Shown here: positions 53,250 through 63,873 of the stretch, piece after piece
Layout: each line of letters starts with the position of its first letter
Position numbering within the stretch: the stretch's first letter is position 1
Assembly: GCA_963804995.1 (NCBI GenBank)
Contig: CAWDSK010000001.1
Coordinates: 224,001-288,000, forward strand
Direction: 5' to 3'
Length of the DNA stretch: 64,000 bases
DNA from: an uncultured Acidobacteriota bacterium
Lineage (GTDB): Bacteria; Acidobacteriota; Terriglobia; UBA7540
The notes under the pieces: model-generated
Databases searched by the model: none
What the model was told of the DNA's origin: nothing
What the model saw: only the letters and a program-made list of their open reading frames with translations
Translations under genes and position numbers: made by a program

Positions 53250-55012
53250 CTGGACTTTGGCCTTTAACTAGATAAAGGCTGTCGGAAAGTATTTACTTGC
53301 AGAAAAGCCAGTCTTCTGATATCTAGTTATATGACTAGATATTCCTCAAGGAGGCTTTTCTCATGGGGTTCCCTACCAAAGTACAGCTTATCAAACGCCA
53401 GGCGAGCGAGCAGTGGTACATCAACTTTCCTTCCGCCCTCGCCCAAGCCATGGAGTTTGCGCGCGGCGAATCGGTCGAATGGTTCGTCGAAAACAAAGGT
53501 CTGCTGGCCCTGCGACGAGCCTCGCCGCCGCCTTCCGTGCTAAAAAAAACTCTACCGGCGTCCTCGCCGAACTCGAACAACTCTGGAGCCAATGTTTCCC
53601 GGGCTTCCGCCAGCGCCGCGTTGCCGCGCACGCCCAAGCCCTCGCGCTGAGCACCTTGCTTTGTCTGGGACGCCATACCGTGACCGGTCTGCTCACCACT
53701 TGCGGCCTGCAGTTCCGTGACTGGACCTCCAGTTACCGGCTCTTCTCCCAGCACCGTCTGCGGGTTGAGGCGCTCTTCTCCGTGGTGCGCCGCGCGGTGG
53801 TGAGCGAACTCGCACCCGGCGCTCCCGTCTGCGCCCTCCTCGATGACTCGCTGTTGCGTCGTTCCGGTCGGCGCACTCCCGGGGTGGCTTGGCGCCGCGA
53901 CCCGCTGGGCCCGCGCTTTCAAACCAACTTCGTGCGCGCCCAGCGTTTTCTTCAAACCTCCCTCGCGCTCCCCACTCCCGACGGCTCCTGCCGCTTGCTC
54001 CCCATTGCTTTCCGCCATGCCCCCACGCCCCGCAAGCCTTCCCGGCAGGCCCCCGCCGCCGAGCAGCAGCAGTACCGCACCCAAGCGCGCGCTGCCCGCC
54101 TCGGTCAACGCGCCAGCGAACAAATCCACGATCTGCGTGCGGCCCTTGACTCCGATCCCGCCTCCGCTTCGCGCCTTCTCCTCGTCGCCTTCGATGGCGG
54201 ATACACCAACCGCACCGTCCTCAAACGCCTTCCTCCCCATACCACCGCCATCGGCCGGCTCCGCAAAGATGCTCAGTTGCTGTTCCGGCCCAATCCCCAA
54301 ACCCAAAAGGCGCGCGGTCGCCGTCTCTGCTACGGGCCTCCCGCTCCCACTCCCGAGCAGGTCCGCACCGACGATGCTCCCTGGCAGACCTTGACCTTTA
54401 CCCATCACGGCATTCCCCATCAACTCCGCTTCAAGCGCCGCACCGGCCTCCTGTGGCGTGCCGCCGGCGCCCACCAATTCCTGCAACTTGTCGTCATCGC
54501 GCCGCTCGCCTATCGTCTGCGCCAAGGTTCCAAGCTGCTCTATCGCCAACCCGCCTTCCTCCTCTGCACCGACGAAAACCTCGACCCCCAACTCCTCATC
54601 ACAACTTACTTCCAACGCTGGGACATTGAAGTTAATTTCCGCGATGAAAAAACTCTGCTGGGAGTGGGCCAAGCCCAGGTCCGCTCCCCCCATTCGGTTG
54701 AGTCTGCCCCCGCCTTCACCGTGGCCGCCTATGCCCTCTTGCTCCTCGCTACCCATCGCGCCTTCGCCCGTACCCGCCACGGCCTGCTGCCGCGCCCCAA
54801 GTGGATCCACGCTGCCCCCACTGCCCGCATCTCCACCCAACACGCCATCCATCAACTGCGCGCCGAGGTCTGGGGCCGGGGACTGGGTCTCGATCATTTC
54901 TCCGGCTTCGCGCCTCCCCAACCCTCTACAACGAAGCCCCAGAATTGTACCTTCCCCCTCGCCTCCGCCCTCTGCTACGCCAATGCTTGAACTGCAAAAG
55001 GCCAAAGGCCAG
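53250..55012 (+). mobile_element. IS4/IS701-like insertion sequence (small ORF + DDE transposase)
   Basis: IRs CTGGACTTTGGCCTTT / AAAGGCCAAAGGCCAG; DDE motifs LDDSLLRRSG, FDGGYTN, RWDIEVNFRDEK. Confidence 0.78.
53363..54990 (+). CDS. Transposase: AbrB-like small ORF followed by a DDE ORF in the -1 frame, A8C slippery run at 53542-53550
   Basis: ORF 53363 (QWYINFPSALAQAMEFARGESVEW) and ORF 53413-54990 overlap in the -1 frame. Confidence 0.7.
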
Positions 55013-55199
55013 TCGGCGGTCGGAGACCGCCGCCACAAAAAGCAGACTGCGCCACTTCCCACCATGGGGGTGACGTAAGTCTTGGTGTGTAGATGGGGGG
55101 AGAGAGTAAGCCAAAAGGTGTCGAACGTAGGGGCAGGGATTGCTGTCCTGCCCCCGTCCATTATTCATTAAACGCCGCACGCCGTTGCCGTTTGGACGA

Positions 55200-55715
55200 T
55201 CAGGCGCTGACCGACAGCCCACTGGACGTGGACTGTGCCGACGTGGTGTTTGGACTATTGCCCTGCATAAGTTGCTGCAACGAACTGAAGGCTTGCTGAG
55301 CACCTGTGAGGTCGCCGGATTGTAATGCTTGTCCCAACTGTTGGAACATTTGGGAAACCTGGCCCTCCTGACCTCCATCAGAGTGGTGATGATGATGGTG
55401 CCCTTGTGAAGCCTGGCTTTGGAAGTCCTGCAGAATGGTTGAGAAGTCCTGCTGGGCACCCGAAAGATTGCCAGACTGCAAATCACTCGACAGTTGTTGA
55501 AAGGCCTGGGCAATCGGGCTTTGGCTTTGCGAAGTAGACGACGTGGAACTGAGTTGCGGTGCATCCTTCTGTAGCGTCACAAAATCGGACTGCGCTGCAG
55601 AAAGATTGCCAGACTTCAGATCCTGTCCGAGCTGCTTAAAATCCTGCTGGATTTGTTGGAATTGATTCTGGATACCGGAACTGTACATGCCACTGGAAAT
55701 GCCGAATGTTGACAT
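55200..55715 (-). CDS. Q/S-rich protein with three L(Q/K)SG(N/D)L..AQ repeats and a His tract
   Basis: AGGAG SD; repeats LKSGNLSAAQ, LQSGNLSGAQ, LQSGDLTGAQ; HHHHHH. Confidence 0.75.
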   Translation of the reverse strand: MSTFGISSGMYSSGIQNQFQQIQQDFKQLGQDLKSGNLSAAQSDFVTLQKDAPQLSSTSSTSQSQSPIAQAFQQLSSDLQSGNLSGAQQDFSTILQDFQSQASQGHHHHHHSDGGQEGQVSQMFQQLGQALQSGDLTGAQQAFSSLQQLMQGNSPNTTSAQSTSSGLSVSA

Positions 55716-56089
55716 TCTTAGTCTCCTTGTGAACTCTCCACCCTCTCTCTAAAGCCCCATCGACAATTCGCGCTAAAACTTTAATCGTGCTCAACTCTGA
55801 GATAAACTCCGCTTATGAACAAGGTTAGCCCCGTGCCAGCCCCTGCGCGATCAAGGTGGCATCAATCTTCCGCATATGATGAGATTTCCTTAACAGGTCC
55901 CAAAGTGGAGCGCCATGGAAGCGCCCGTCGATTAGGCGACAAACGCCCATGACAGCCTTCGTAAAACTTGCCTATGGCGCGAATTGGATAGGACGGTTCC
56001 AAGGACCTACTGAAAGGTAGGATAACCACTTTTCTACACGCCGGTAGCAGGCATTTGATAGAATGTTCTGTTTCCTCTGACTGAAGACA

Positions 56090-57007
56090 ATGGACTATGA
56101 CCAACTAGGTAGTTTCTTGGAGGTTGCGAAGCTGCAAAGTTTCTCCCGCGCCGCGGAGAAGCTGTTTCGCACTCAGCCGGCGATCAGTGCGCAGGTGCGC
56201 CTTCTTGAGGAGGAGTGTGGTGAAAAGCTTTTTGACCGCAGCGGGAAGAAAGTTCTGATGACCCCCGCCGGCGAGATTCTTCACCGTTATGCGGAAAAGC
56301 TGCTGGCGATGCACAAAGAAGCTCTGCAGGCGATCGCTGAGCTGAATCAAACGCCGCGCGGGAAGCTGTACATCGGCGCCAACGAAGCGACCTGCCTGTA
56401 TGTCTTGCCAAAAACCTTTGCGCGCTTCAAGGGCCTGTACCCGCTGGTGCAGATCAGCATCTACCGGAATTTCAGCCACAAGATTTTGCAGAAGGTCCAG
56501 GAGGGCGCGGTCGACTTGGGCATTGTCACGTTGCCCATGACCGCGAACAACATGGAAGTGATTCCGGTCTTCCGCGACGAAGTCCAGGTGGTGATGCCCA
56601 AGGGTCATCCGCTCGCCAAAAACAAGAGTGTGACCGTGGAAGAGCTGGCTAATCATCCGCTGATCCTGCCCAAGACGGGGCACACACGCGTGGTGATTGA
56701 CCGCTTGCTGCGCGCGCATCGTGATCATTTGCAGATTTCCATGGAAATGGCCAGCGTTGAGACCATCAAGAAATTTGTGGGCGCGGGCCTGGGGATTTCC
56801 CTGATCAGCCGAACCTATGCCCAACCGGAAGTTGCGGCGGGCTTGCTGAAGCTGATCCCGCTGGACGGTCAGAAGCTTTACCGCGAGTTGGGTCTGGTCT
56901 ATCGCCGGGACCGCTATTTATCTCTTCCCGCCAAGATTTTTATTGAAGTTGTTCGCGAGTCGACAAAGACGGCGGCGGCTGGCGCTCCCTCCACGACGAA
57001 AACCTAG
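56090..57007 (+). CDS. LysR-family transcriptional regulator
   Basis: SFSRAAEKLFRTQPAISAQV HTH; substrate-binding domain. Confidence 0.93.
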   Translation: MDYDQLGSFLEVAKLQSFSRAAEKLFRTQPAISAQVRLLEEECGEKLFDRSGKKVLMTPAGEILHRYAEKLLAMHKEALQAIAELNQTPRGKLYIGANEATCLYVLPKTFARFKGLYPLVQISIYRNFSHKILQKVQEGAVDLGIVTLPMTANNMEVIPVFRDEVQVVMPKGHPLAKNKSVTVEELANHPLILPKTGHTRVVIDRLLRAHRDHLQISMEMASVETIKKFVGAGLGISLISRTYAQPEVAAGLLKLIPLDGQKLYRELGLVYRRDRYLSLPAKIFIEVVRESTKTAAAGAPSTTKT

Positions 57008-57092
57008 CGGTCAGCGATCAGCTTTCAGCCACCCCCTTGGCTGTTTGCTCAAAGCCGATAGCTGACGGCTGATAGCTGACAACTTAAAAACT

Positions 57093-58526
57093 ATGGTGAA
57101 AGAAAATCCCGTTCCGAGTAAGAGCAAGAAACCGCTGATCGTGATGAAATTTGGCGGGACTTCCGTCGGCACCGCCGAGCGCATGAAGGCCGTGGCGGAG
57201 ATTGTGGCTGAGCACGCGAAAAGCGCGGAAGTGATGGTGGTGGTCTCCGCCATGGGAGGCGTCACCGACATGCTTATCCGCGCCGCCAAGGAAGCCAGCC
57301 AGGGCGATCGCGAGCACTGGAAGAGTGTGCGTCGCGAGCTTGCCCACCGGCACCGCGAGGTCGCAGACGAACTCTTGAAAGCTGCCGAGCAGGCTACGGT
57401 TCTGCCTCGGCTCGCGGATGCCGTAACCAACTTTGAAAACCTTTGTTCCGGATTTTCCCTGGTGCGCGAAGTAACCCCGCGGGCCATGGACACGCTCTCC
57501 AGCCTGGGCGAGTTGATGTCCGCGAACCTGATGGCAGCCATTTTCCGGGCGTGCGGCACCCCGGCGGAAGCCGTGGACGCCATGGAACTGATCGTCACCG
57601 ACGACAACTTCGGCAACGCCACCCCGCTCTTCGAAGAGACCACCGCCAAGACCCGTCAACGCCTGGCTGGATTGCGGCGGCGCGGTGTGCTGCCGGTCAT
57701 CACCGGATTCCGTGGCGCGACCCGGGAGGGCGCCTGCACCACGCTCGGCCGGGGCGGATCAGATTACAGCGGCACTATTGTGGGTGCGGCGGTGGATGCC
57801 GACGAAGTTTGGATTTGGACTGACGTGGACGGCGTGATGACGGCTGACCCGCGCCTGGTCCCGGAAGCGCGCATTCTGCCGGAAATCTCATATCGCGAAG
57901 CCATCGAACTTTCTTTCTTCGGCGCCAAGGTTCTTCACCCCAAGACGATTCAACCCGTCATGAAGAAGAAGATCCCGGTTTGGATCAAGAACAGTTTCAA
58001 CCCCTCGTGCCCCGGGACGTGCATCGTGCACTCCACCACGAACACGCAGCACGGGATCAAGGCTTTCACCTCGGTCAGTAAGGCCGATATCATTACGGTC
58101 ACCGGCCGCGACGCGCTCAGCTTCTCCCGCCTGGCCGCCCGCGTCTTTAGTTCCCTCAGCGCCGAAGACATTCCCACGCTGATGGTCACGCAATCGTCGG
58201 CAGATAATGTGCTCTGCCTGGCTGTGCACGATGCCGACCTGAAGCATGTGAAAGCGAGTATAGAAAAAACGTTCGAACTCGAAATTCTGCATGATCACAT
58301 GGCGTCGCTTGAGGTCCTGCCCCACGTGGCGATTGTGGTGGCGATTGGCGAGAACATGAAGGGCACCCCGGGTATCGCCGGTCGCGCCTTTGGCGCCCTG
58401 GGACGGCGCGGCATTAACGTGATCGCCATCGCGCAGGGTTCGTCGGAACTGAGTATTTCCTTTGCCGTAAAGTCCTCCGACGTGAAAGAGGCCGTGAAGG
58501 CCGTGCACGAGGAGTTTAAGCTCTAA
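57093..58526 (+). CDS. lysC: Aspartate kinase (two ACT domains)
   Basis: VMKFGGTSVG, VVVSAMGGVTD, TLGRGGSDYS, WTDVDG, GAKVLHP, IAQGSSE. Confidence 0.92.
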   Translation: MVKENPVPSKSKKPLIVMKFGGTSVGTAERMKAVAEIVAEHAKSAEVMVVVSAMGGVTDMLIRAAKEASQGDREHWKSVRRELAHRHREVADELLKAAEQATVLPRLADAVTNFENLCSGFSLVREVTPRAMDTLSSLGELMSANLMAAIFRACGTPAEAVDAMELIVTDDNFGNATPLFEETTAKTRQRLAGLRRRGVLPVITGFRGATREGACTTLGRGGSDYSGTIVGAAVDADEVWIWTDVDGVMTADPRLVPEARILPEISYREAIELSFFGAKVLHPKTIQPVMKKKIPVWIKNSFNPSCPGTCIVHSTTNTQHGIKAFTSVSKADIITVTGRDALSFSRLAARVFSSLSAEDIPTLMVTQSSADNVLCLAVHDADLKHVKASIEKTFELEILHDHMASLEVLPHVAIVVAIGENMKGTPGIAGRAFGALGRRGINVIAIAQGSSELSISFAVKSSDVKEAVKAVHEEFKL

Positions 58527-58674
58527 GGGCGGGTGTCAGGTGTCAGGTAAGGACGAAACTCGAAAATCGAAATTCGAAACTCGGGAGCTATCCGGCGAAT
58601 TTCGAGTTTCGAATTTCGAGTTTCGACTGTCGCACCTGACACCTGACACCTGATACCTGGCACCTGCGAATCCC

Positions 58675-59983
58675 ATGTCCTCCGCCTACCTCCAATGTAT
58701 CGATGCAGCTTGCGGACGCCGGCAAGATCCGAAGAAGGATTCGCACTCCTGCGCGTTTTGTGGCGGCCTGCTGGACGTGAAGTACGAGTTCGATCCCATG
58801 GACCCCGGGCAATTCCGGCACACCTGGCACCAGCGCCGGTTGAGTGGTGAGCCGATTGACCGCAGCGGCGTGTGGCGTTTCCGCGAGCTGATCCCGTTTG
58901 TGGGCCCCGACGCGCGCATCATTTCGCTTTCCGAAGGCTCGACCCCGCTGGTGGGGACGAGGCGCACGGGCTGGTGGGCCGGCCCTGTGCATCTGACCAT
59001 CAAGCATCAGGGCAACAATCCCACGGGCTCCTTCAAGGATCTGGGCATGACGGCCTGCATCACGCGTGCTGAGGCGCGGGGTGTGCGGATGGTCGCCTGC
59101 GCCTCAACCGGTAACACTTCGTCTTCGATGGCTGCTTACGCCGCGCGCGCCGGCATGAAGGCTCTGGTGTTTGTCCCCTACCGGCAGATTTCCGCCGCCA
59201 AGCTGGCCCAGGCGCTCGATTTCGGCGCGATCGTGGTGGAAGTGGGCGACACGTTCGATGCGGCTTTTCGCCTGCTGCGGGAAATCGCTCCGGAGCTCGG
59301 GCTGTATCTGGTGAATTCCATCAATCCCTTCCGCATTGAAGGGCAGAAGACCATTGTTCCCGAGTTGCTCGAGCAGCGCGCCTGGCGTCCGCCGGATTAC
59401 ATCGTGGTTCCTGGCGGCAATTTGGGAAACTCCTCCGCCATTGGTAAGGGATTGCGGGAGCTGAAAGAGTTGGGTTTCATAGAGAAGGTGCCCCGCGTCG
59501 TCGTGGTCCAGGCGGCCGGCGCGAACCCGTTCTACCAAACGCTTCAGGCGCGCTCCCCGGAATTGATCGCCGTCGAGCATCCCAACACGGAGGCGACCGC
59601 GATTCGCATTGGACGTTCCGGCCAATTGGAAGAAGGCGCAACGTGTGCTCGAATGGACGGGGGGTTTCTGCGAGTCGGTGACGGATGCGGAAATCTTCGA
59701 AGCCAAGGCGGTCCTGGCCGAAGACGGGGTGGCTTGTGAGCCCGCCTCCGCCTCCACGATTGCCGGGGTGCGCAAGTTGGTGAGGGCAGGCAAAATCGAA
59801 AAACACGCGGACATCGTCTGCATTCTGACCGGCAACCAATTGAAAGACACGGATTACATCATGCGGCATCGCTCGGAAGACCAGGAAAGCCGCCAGCGAC
59901 TGCAAGTCGAACCGAACCTCGACTCGCTCCGCCGGGCGCTGGAAGGGGTCTTGGCCGCGCCGGTGGAAAACAGTAGGCATTAG
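58675..59983 (+). CDS. thrC: Threonine synthase (frameshift near 59615)
   Basis: NPTGSFKDLG, CASTGNTS, NSINPFRIEGQKT, PGGNLGN; continues EPASA...ILTGNQLKD. Confidence 0.92.
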
Positions 59984-60423
59984 GCAGCGAGCGTTTTGCA
60001 CGAGTCCCGGCAGAGTCGGGATAGGCAGAACGCAGTAGGCAGCGAGCACTCTGTGCAAGTCCCGACAGAGTCGGGATAGGCACTAGGCAGCGGGCACTAG
60101 GCAACAAAAGTGGCATTAATTTGAATAAACCGCCCTCACCCCTTTCAGCAAGGGATACTGACGTTCTGAAAACTGGAGACCTATAGCCCTCGCCCCCTTG
60201 GGGGAGAGGGTGGACCGCTGCCGGCGTTTTCATCAGCCGGGGCGGGACGGGTGAGGGGGTCACACAGGAACAAATTGACGAGCAGGTGGCAAGCGTACTG
60301 TGTCGATGCGTTGGGGCGGTTCATCCGTGATTGACAACAGAAAGCCGCAGACCTCAACAACAGGCGCTACACTGGCTGACTCCTAGCTTCTGGCTTCTGA
60401 CTCCTGGCTCCTGATTTCTAGTT

Positions 60424-63132
60424 ATGAACGAACAATTACGCCAAGAGGTGCGCTTCCTCACCACGCGGCTGGGCTCGATCGTCCGCGAGCAGTCGGGCCC
60501 CGAAGTGTTCTCCGCCATCGAAGTCCTGCGCAAAGTCGCGAAGCAGCTTCGCCAGAGCTCGAATCCCACTTTCCTCGAGGCCAAGGAGCGCGAGGTTAAT
60601 CAGCTCTCGGTGGAAGCTGCCACGGCGGTGTCCCACGCGTTCAGCCTCTTCTTCCATCTCGTCAATCTTTGCGAGGAACGCGAGCGCATCCGCCGCCTGC
60701 GCGCCCACGACCGGCTGGAGGCAGGCGCCCCCATGTCGCTGCGCCACACCTTCAATGAGCTGCACCGTCAGGGTGTGCCCGCTGCGGCCATCGAACGCCT
60801 GCTCAAGTCCATGCATATTGAGCCGGTCCTGACCGCTCATCCCACCGAAGCCAAGCGCCGCAGCGTTCTGAACCACATCCTGCGCCTGGCGCGAACGCTT
60901 GATTCAGCCTGTGGTGACTTAAGCCCCGCAACCGAGCGCGACATCGACTCCTGGATCGAAGCCTTGTGGCTCACCGATGAGGTTCGTGAGGGTGTGGTCA
61001 CGCCCGCGATGGAAAGTGAGAACGCCCGCTTTTTTCTCGAACGAACCATCTACGACCTGGCGGGAAGTTTTTGGGATAAGTTTTGCGCGGAAATGGCCCG
61101 GCGGTATCCCGGCCTAACGGAGCCTCCTCCCTTCTTGAGCTTTGGGTCCTGGGTGGGCACGGATCGCGACGGCAATCCTTTCGTGACGCCGGAAACGAGT
61201 CTCGAGGCCGCGGAGCAGGTTCGCCTGAGCATTCTCGGTTACTACCGCGAAGCTTGCCGCCGCTTGCTGGGCCTGGCTTCCTTTTCCTGCCAGGGCCTGC
61301 CGGTGGAAGCAGCGCTGCGCCGTGAAATCAATCGAGACATGCGCCGGTATCCCGCCACACGCGCCTTCCAGTCCGTCGACCAGCCGAGCGAACTGTATCG
61401 CCGCAAGGTACGCATCATGATGTGGCGCCTGGAGCGCACGGCGGAGCGGACACGCGGCGCTTACGTTTCGCCTGAAGAATTCACCCGCGAACTGCGCACC
61501 TTTGAGTGCCGCTTGGCCGCGCATCCCAGCCCCAGGATCGCCCGCTGGAGCCCCGGCCGGCTGCGCGTAGCGTCAGAAGTCTTCGGATTCCACGGCGCCA
61601 GCCTGGATTTCCGCACCCACGCTTACGCCACGCGCGCCGCGGTTGATGAGCTACTCAATAAAGCGCACTTGCCCACCCAGCCACGCGAAGCGCGCCGCCA
61701 GTCCATCCAACGCCTGCTCTTTCGCCCCGCCGTACGCCCGCCTTTTTCGGCAGCGACGCGTCGCGTGCTGGAGGAATTCCGCGCCCTCCGGCTGATCCAG
61801 GTCCGCAATGGCGAAGCCGCCGCGCATCGCTACGTTCTAAGCATGACATCGAGTGCCGTGGATGTATGGGACGTGTTGCTTCTGGCGCGGCAAGCGGATC
61901 TGGTCCGGACGCCCGGCCGGCGCTTGGAATCCTCGCTCGATGTCATTCCGCTCTTTGAGACTCTCGACGATCTCGCCGCCGGCCCCGCAATCATGCAGGA
62001 GCTTTTCGCCGATCCTCTTTATCGCCGCATCCTTCGCGCGCGAAAAGATTTTCAGGAAGTGATGCTGGGTTATTCGGATTCCGTCAAAGACGGTGGCTAC
62101 GTGGCCGCCAACTGGGCGCTCTTTCATGCGCAAAAGCGCCTGGCCCTGGTGGCGAAAAAATATGGCGTGCGCTTTTCGCTCTTCCACGGTAAAGGCGGAA
62201 CCATTGACCGCGGCGGCGGCCAGTCGCACAGCAGCGTCCAGGCGCAACCTTTTGCGGCCCCGGGCGGCCGAATGCGAATCACCGAGCAGGGTGAAGTCGT
62301 GTCGCTCAAGTACTCGAATCCCGCCATCGCTGAGAGGAATCTCGAGCAGTTGGTGACTTCGGTGCTGGACGCCCACCTGCTACACTTCCGTCGCGTGGAA
62401 GCTCGAAACATCCCCGAATGGGAGGGGTATGCCACCGAACTCGCCGCGAGCAGCCGCGACTTCTACCGCCAGCTCGTTTACGAGACGCCTGATTTTGTCG
62501 AGTATTTCCGGCAAGCCACGCCCATCGACCTGATTGAGCGCATCCGCTTCGGGTCACGTCCCAGCCGCCGCTTGGGGGCGCGCGACCTGCGCGACCTGCG
62601 GGCGATCCCCTGGGTATTTGCCTGGACGCAGTCCCGGCACTTGCTTCCCGCCTGGTTTGGCCTGGGCCACTCGCTTGAGAAGTTTCAACTCAACCATGCG
62701 CCGCGCGGTGGTAAGTTGTTAAAGCGCATGGTTCAGGGCTGGCCTTTTTTCTACAATCTGATCAACAATGCCGCGCTTTCGCTCGCCAAGACTGACCTCT
62801 ATATCGCCAGCTCGTACGCCGCACTGGTTCGCCCCCGCCCGCTCGGGCAGAGGATTTTCCGGCGCATCGAAGAGGAGTATCAACGCAGCGTTCGCGAGGT
62901 CCTGGAGCTTTCCGGCTCCGCGACGCTGCTCCATGGCCAACCGGTGCTGGCGGAATCCATCCGCCTCCGCAATCCCTACGTCGATCCCCTCAACTTTCTG
63001 CAAACCCGCTTCCTCGAGCGTTGGCGCCGCCTGCATCGATCGAAACGGCAACCGCAGGCCGAAGCCGCGCTATTTCATCTACTGCAAATTACGGTAAGTG
63101 GTATTGCCTTCGGCATGAAGAGCACGGGCTAG
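60424..63132 (+). CDS. ppc: Phosphoenolpyruvate carboxylase
   Basis: VLTAHPTE, SWVGTDRDGNP, EVMLGYSDS, FHGKGG, TEQGE, LRAIPWVFAWTQ, MKSTG end. Confidence 0.95.
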   Translation: MNEQLRQEVRFLTTRLGSIVREQSGPEVFSAIEVLRKVAKQLRQSSNPTFLEAKEREVNQLSVEAATAVSHAFSLFFHLVNLCEERERIRRLRAHDRLEAGAPMSLRHTFNELHRQGVPAAAIERLLKSMHIEPVLTAHPTEAKRRSVLNHILRLARTLDSACGDLSPATERDIDSWIEALWLTDEVREGVVTPAMESENARFFLERTIYDLAGSFWDKFCAEMARRYPGLTEPPPFLSFGSWVGTDRDGNPFVTPETSLEAAEQVRLSILGYYREACRRLLGLASFSCQGLPVEAALRREINRDMRRYPATRAFQSVDQPSELYRRKVRIMMWRLERTAERTRGAYVSPEEFTRELRTFECRLAAHPSPRIARWSPGRLRVASEVFGFHGASLDFRTHAYATRAAVDELLNKAHLPTQPREARRQSIQRLLFRPAVRPPFSAATRRVLEEFRALRLIQVRNGEAAAHRYVLSMTSSAVDVWDVLLLARQADLVRTPGRRLESSLDVIPLFETLDDLAAGPAIMQELFADPLYRRILRARKDFQEVMLGYSDSVKDGGYVAANWALFHAQKRLALVAKKYGVRFSLFHGKGGTIDRGGGQSHSSVQAQPFAAPGGRMRITEQGEVVSLKYSNPAIAERNLEQLVTSVLDAHLLHFRRVEARNIPEWEGYATELAASSRDFYRQLVYETPDFVEYFRQATPIDLIERIRFGSRPSRRLGARDLRDLRAIPWVFAWTQSRHLLPAWFGLGHSLEKFQLNHAPRGGKLLKRMVQGWPFFYNLINNAALSLAKTDLYIASSYAALVRPRPLGQRIFRRIEEEYQRSVREVLELSGSATLLHGQPVLAESIRLRNPYVDPLNFLQTRFLERWRRLHRSKRQPQAEAALFHLLQITVSGIAFGMKSTG

Positions 63133-63250
63133 TGTAGTGTCCGGTAATTAACTGGACATCGTGGTGCCGCCATCTTGGCGGCATTTGCCGGCAGGATGCC
63201 GGCGCTACGGCCAACACATTTGTCCAGCCATTTCGTGGACACTACACTAG
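63129..63250. mobile_element. MITE with perfect 14-bp IRs including a CTAG duplication
   Basis: CTAGTGTAGTGTCC ... GGACACTACACTAG; internal REP-like hairpin GCCGGCAGGATGCCGGCGCTAC. Confidence 0.75.
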
Positions 63251-63798
63251 AACAACGATTCCGGCGAAGGAATGTACCGCACGTCGGGGAGGTTGCGGAA
63301 TTTCTGGTCGAAATCCAGGCCATAGCCCACTACGAAGACATCGGGGATTGTGAACCCCACATAGTCGGGCTGAACCGGCATCATGCGGCGTGAGGTCTTG
63401 TCAAGCAGGGCGACGAGTTTCAGGCTGGCCGGGTCGTGCGCCCCCAGCACTTCCTGGAGGTAAGTAAAGGTGCGCCCGGTGTCGAGGATATCTTCGACCA
63501 CCAGCACATGGCGGCCCTCGATGCTGACGTCAAGGTCCTTGGTGATCTTCACTTCGCCGGATGAGACAGTACCCCCGCCGTAACTCTGGATGCTCAGAAA
63601 ATCCACCGTGCAGGGGATGGAAAGGCAGCGGATGAGGTCCGCCATGAACACCCAGGCGCCTTTTAGAACCCCTACGAGGTGGGGCGTGCGCCCGTCGTAG
63701 TCGCGGGAGATCTCGGCCGCCAGCTCGCCGACGCGAGCATTAATCTTGGCGGCGTCCAACAGAATGGGGAGGTCGGACCCCAGGGCGGCAGTGCTCAT
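63247..63798 (-). CDS. hpt: Hypoxanthine phosphoribosyltransferase
   Basis: VLKGA, VLVVEDILDTG, FVVGYGLD...RNLP. Confidence 0.95.
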   Translation of the reverse strand: MSTAALGSDLPILLDAAKINARVGELAAEISRDYDGRTPHLVGVLKGAWVFMADLIRCLSIPCTVDFLSIQSYGGGTVSSGEVKITKDLDVSIEGRHVLVVEDILDTGRTFTYLQEVLGAHDPASLKLVALLDKTSRRMMPVQPDYVGFTIPDVFVVGYGLDFDQKFRNLPDVRYIPSPESLF

Positions 63799-63873
63799 AA
63801 TGCGTTCACCGTTGACGCTTTGGGCGGCTATCTGCTAGATTGAAGAATTGCATTCTGCACAAAAGGAGTTCCT

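Noticed and set aside
53335..55161. Long antisense ORFs (e.g. 53335-55161, 9176-10411, 12738-14192, 51117-52334)
   Set aside because: Shadow ORFs of GC-rich real genes on the opposite strand, with no motifs of their own
7666..59983. Frameshifts in purB, fusA, the ABC ATPase, the ParA-like gene, mttB and thrC read as programmed recoding or pseudogenisation
   Set aside because: Those inspected are single extra bases without slippery motifs, in otherwise intact and often essential genes; most consistent with long-read indel errors
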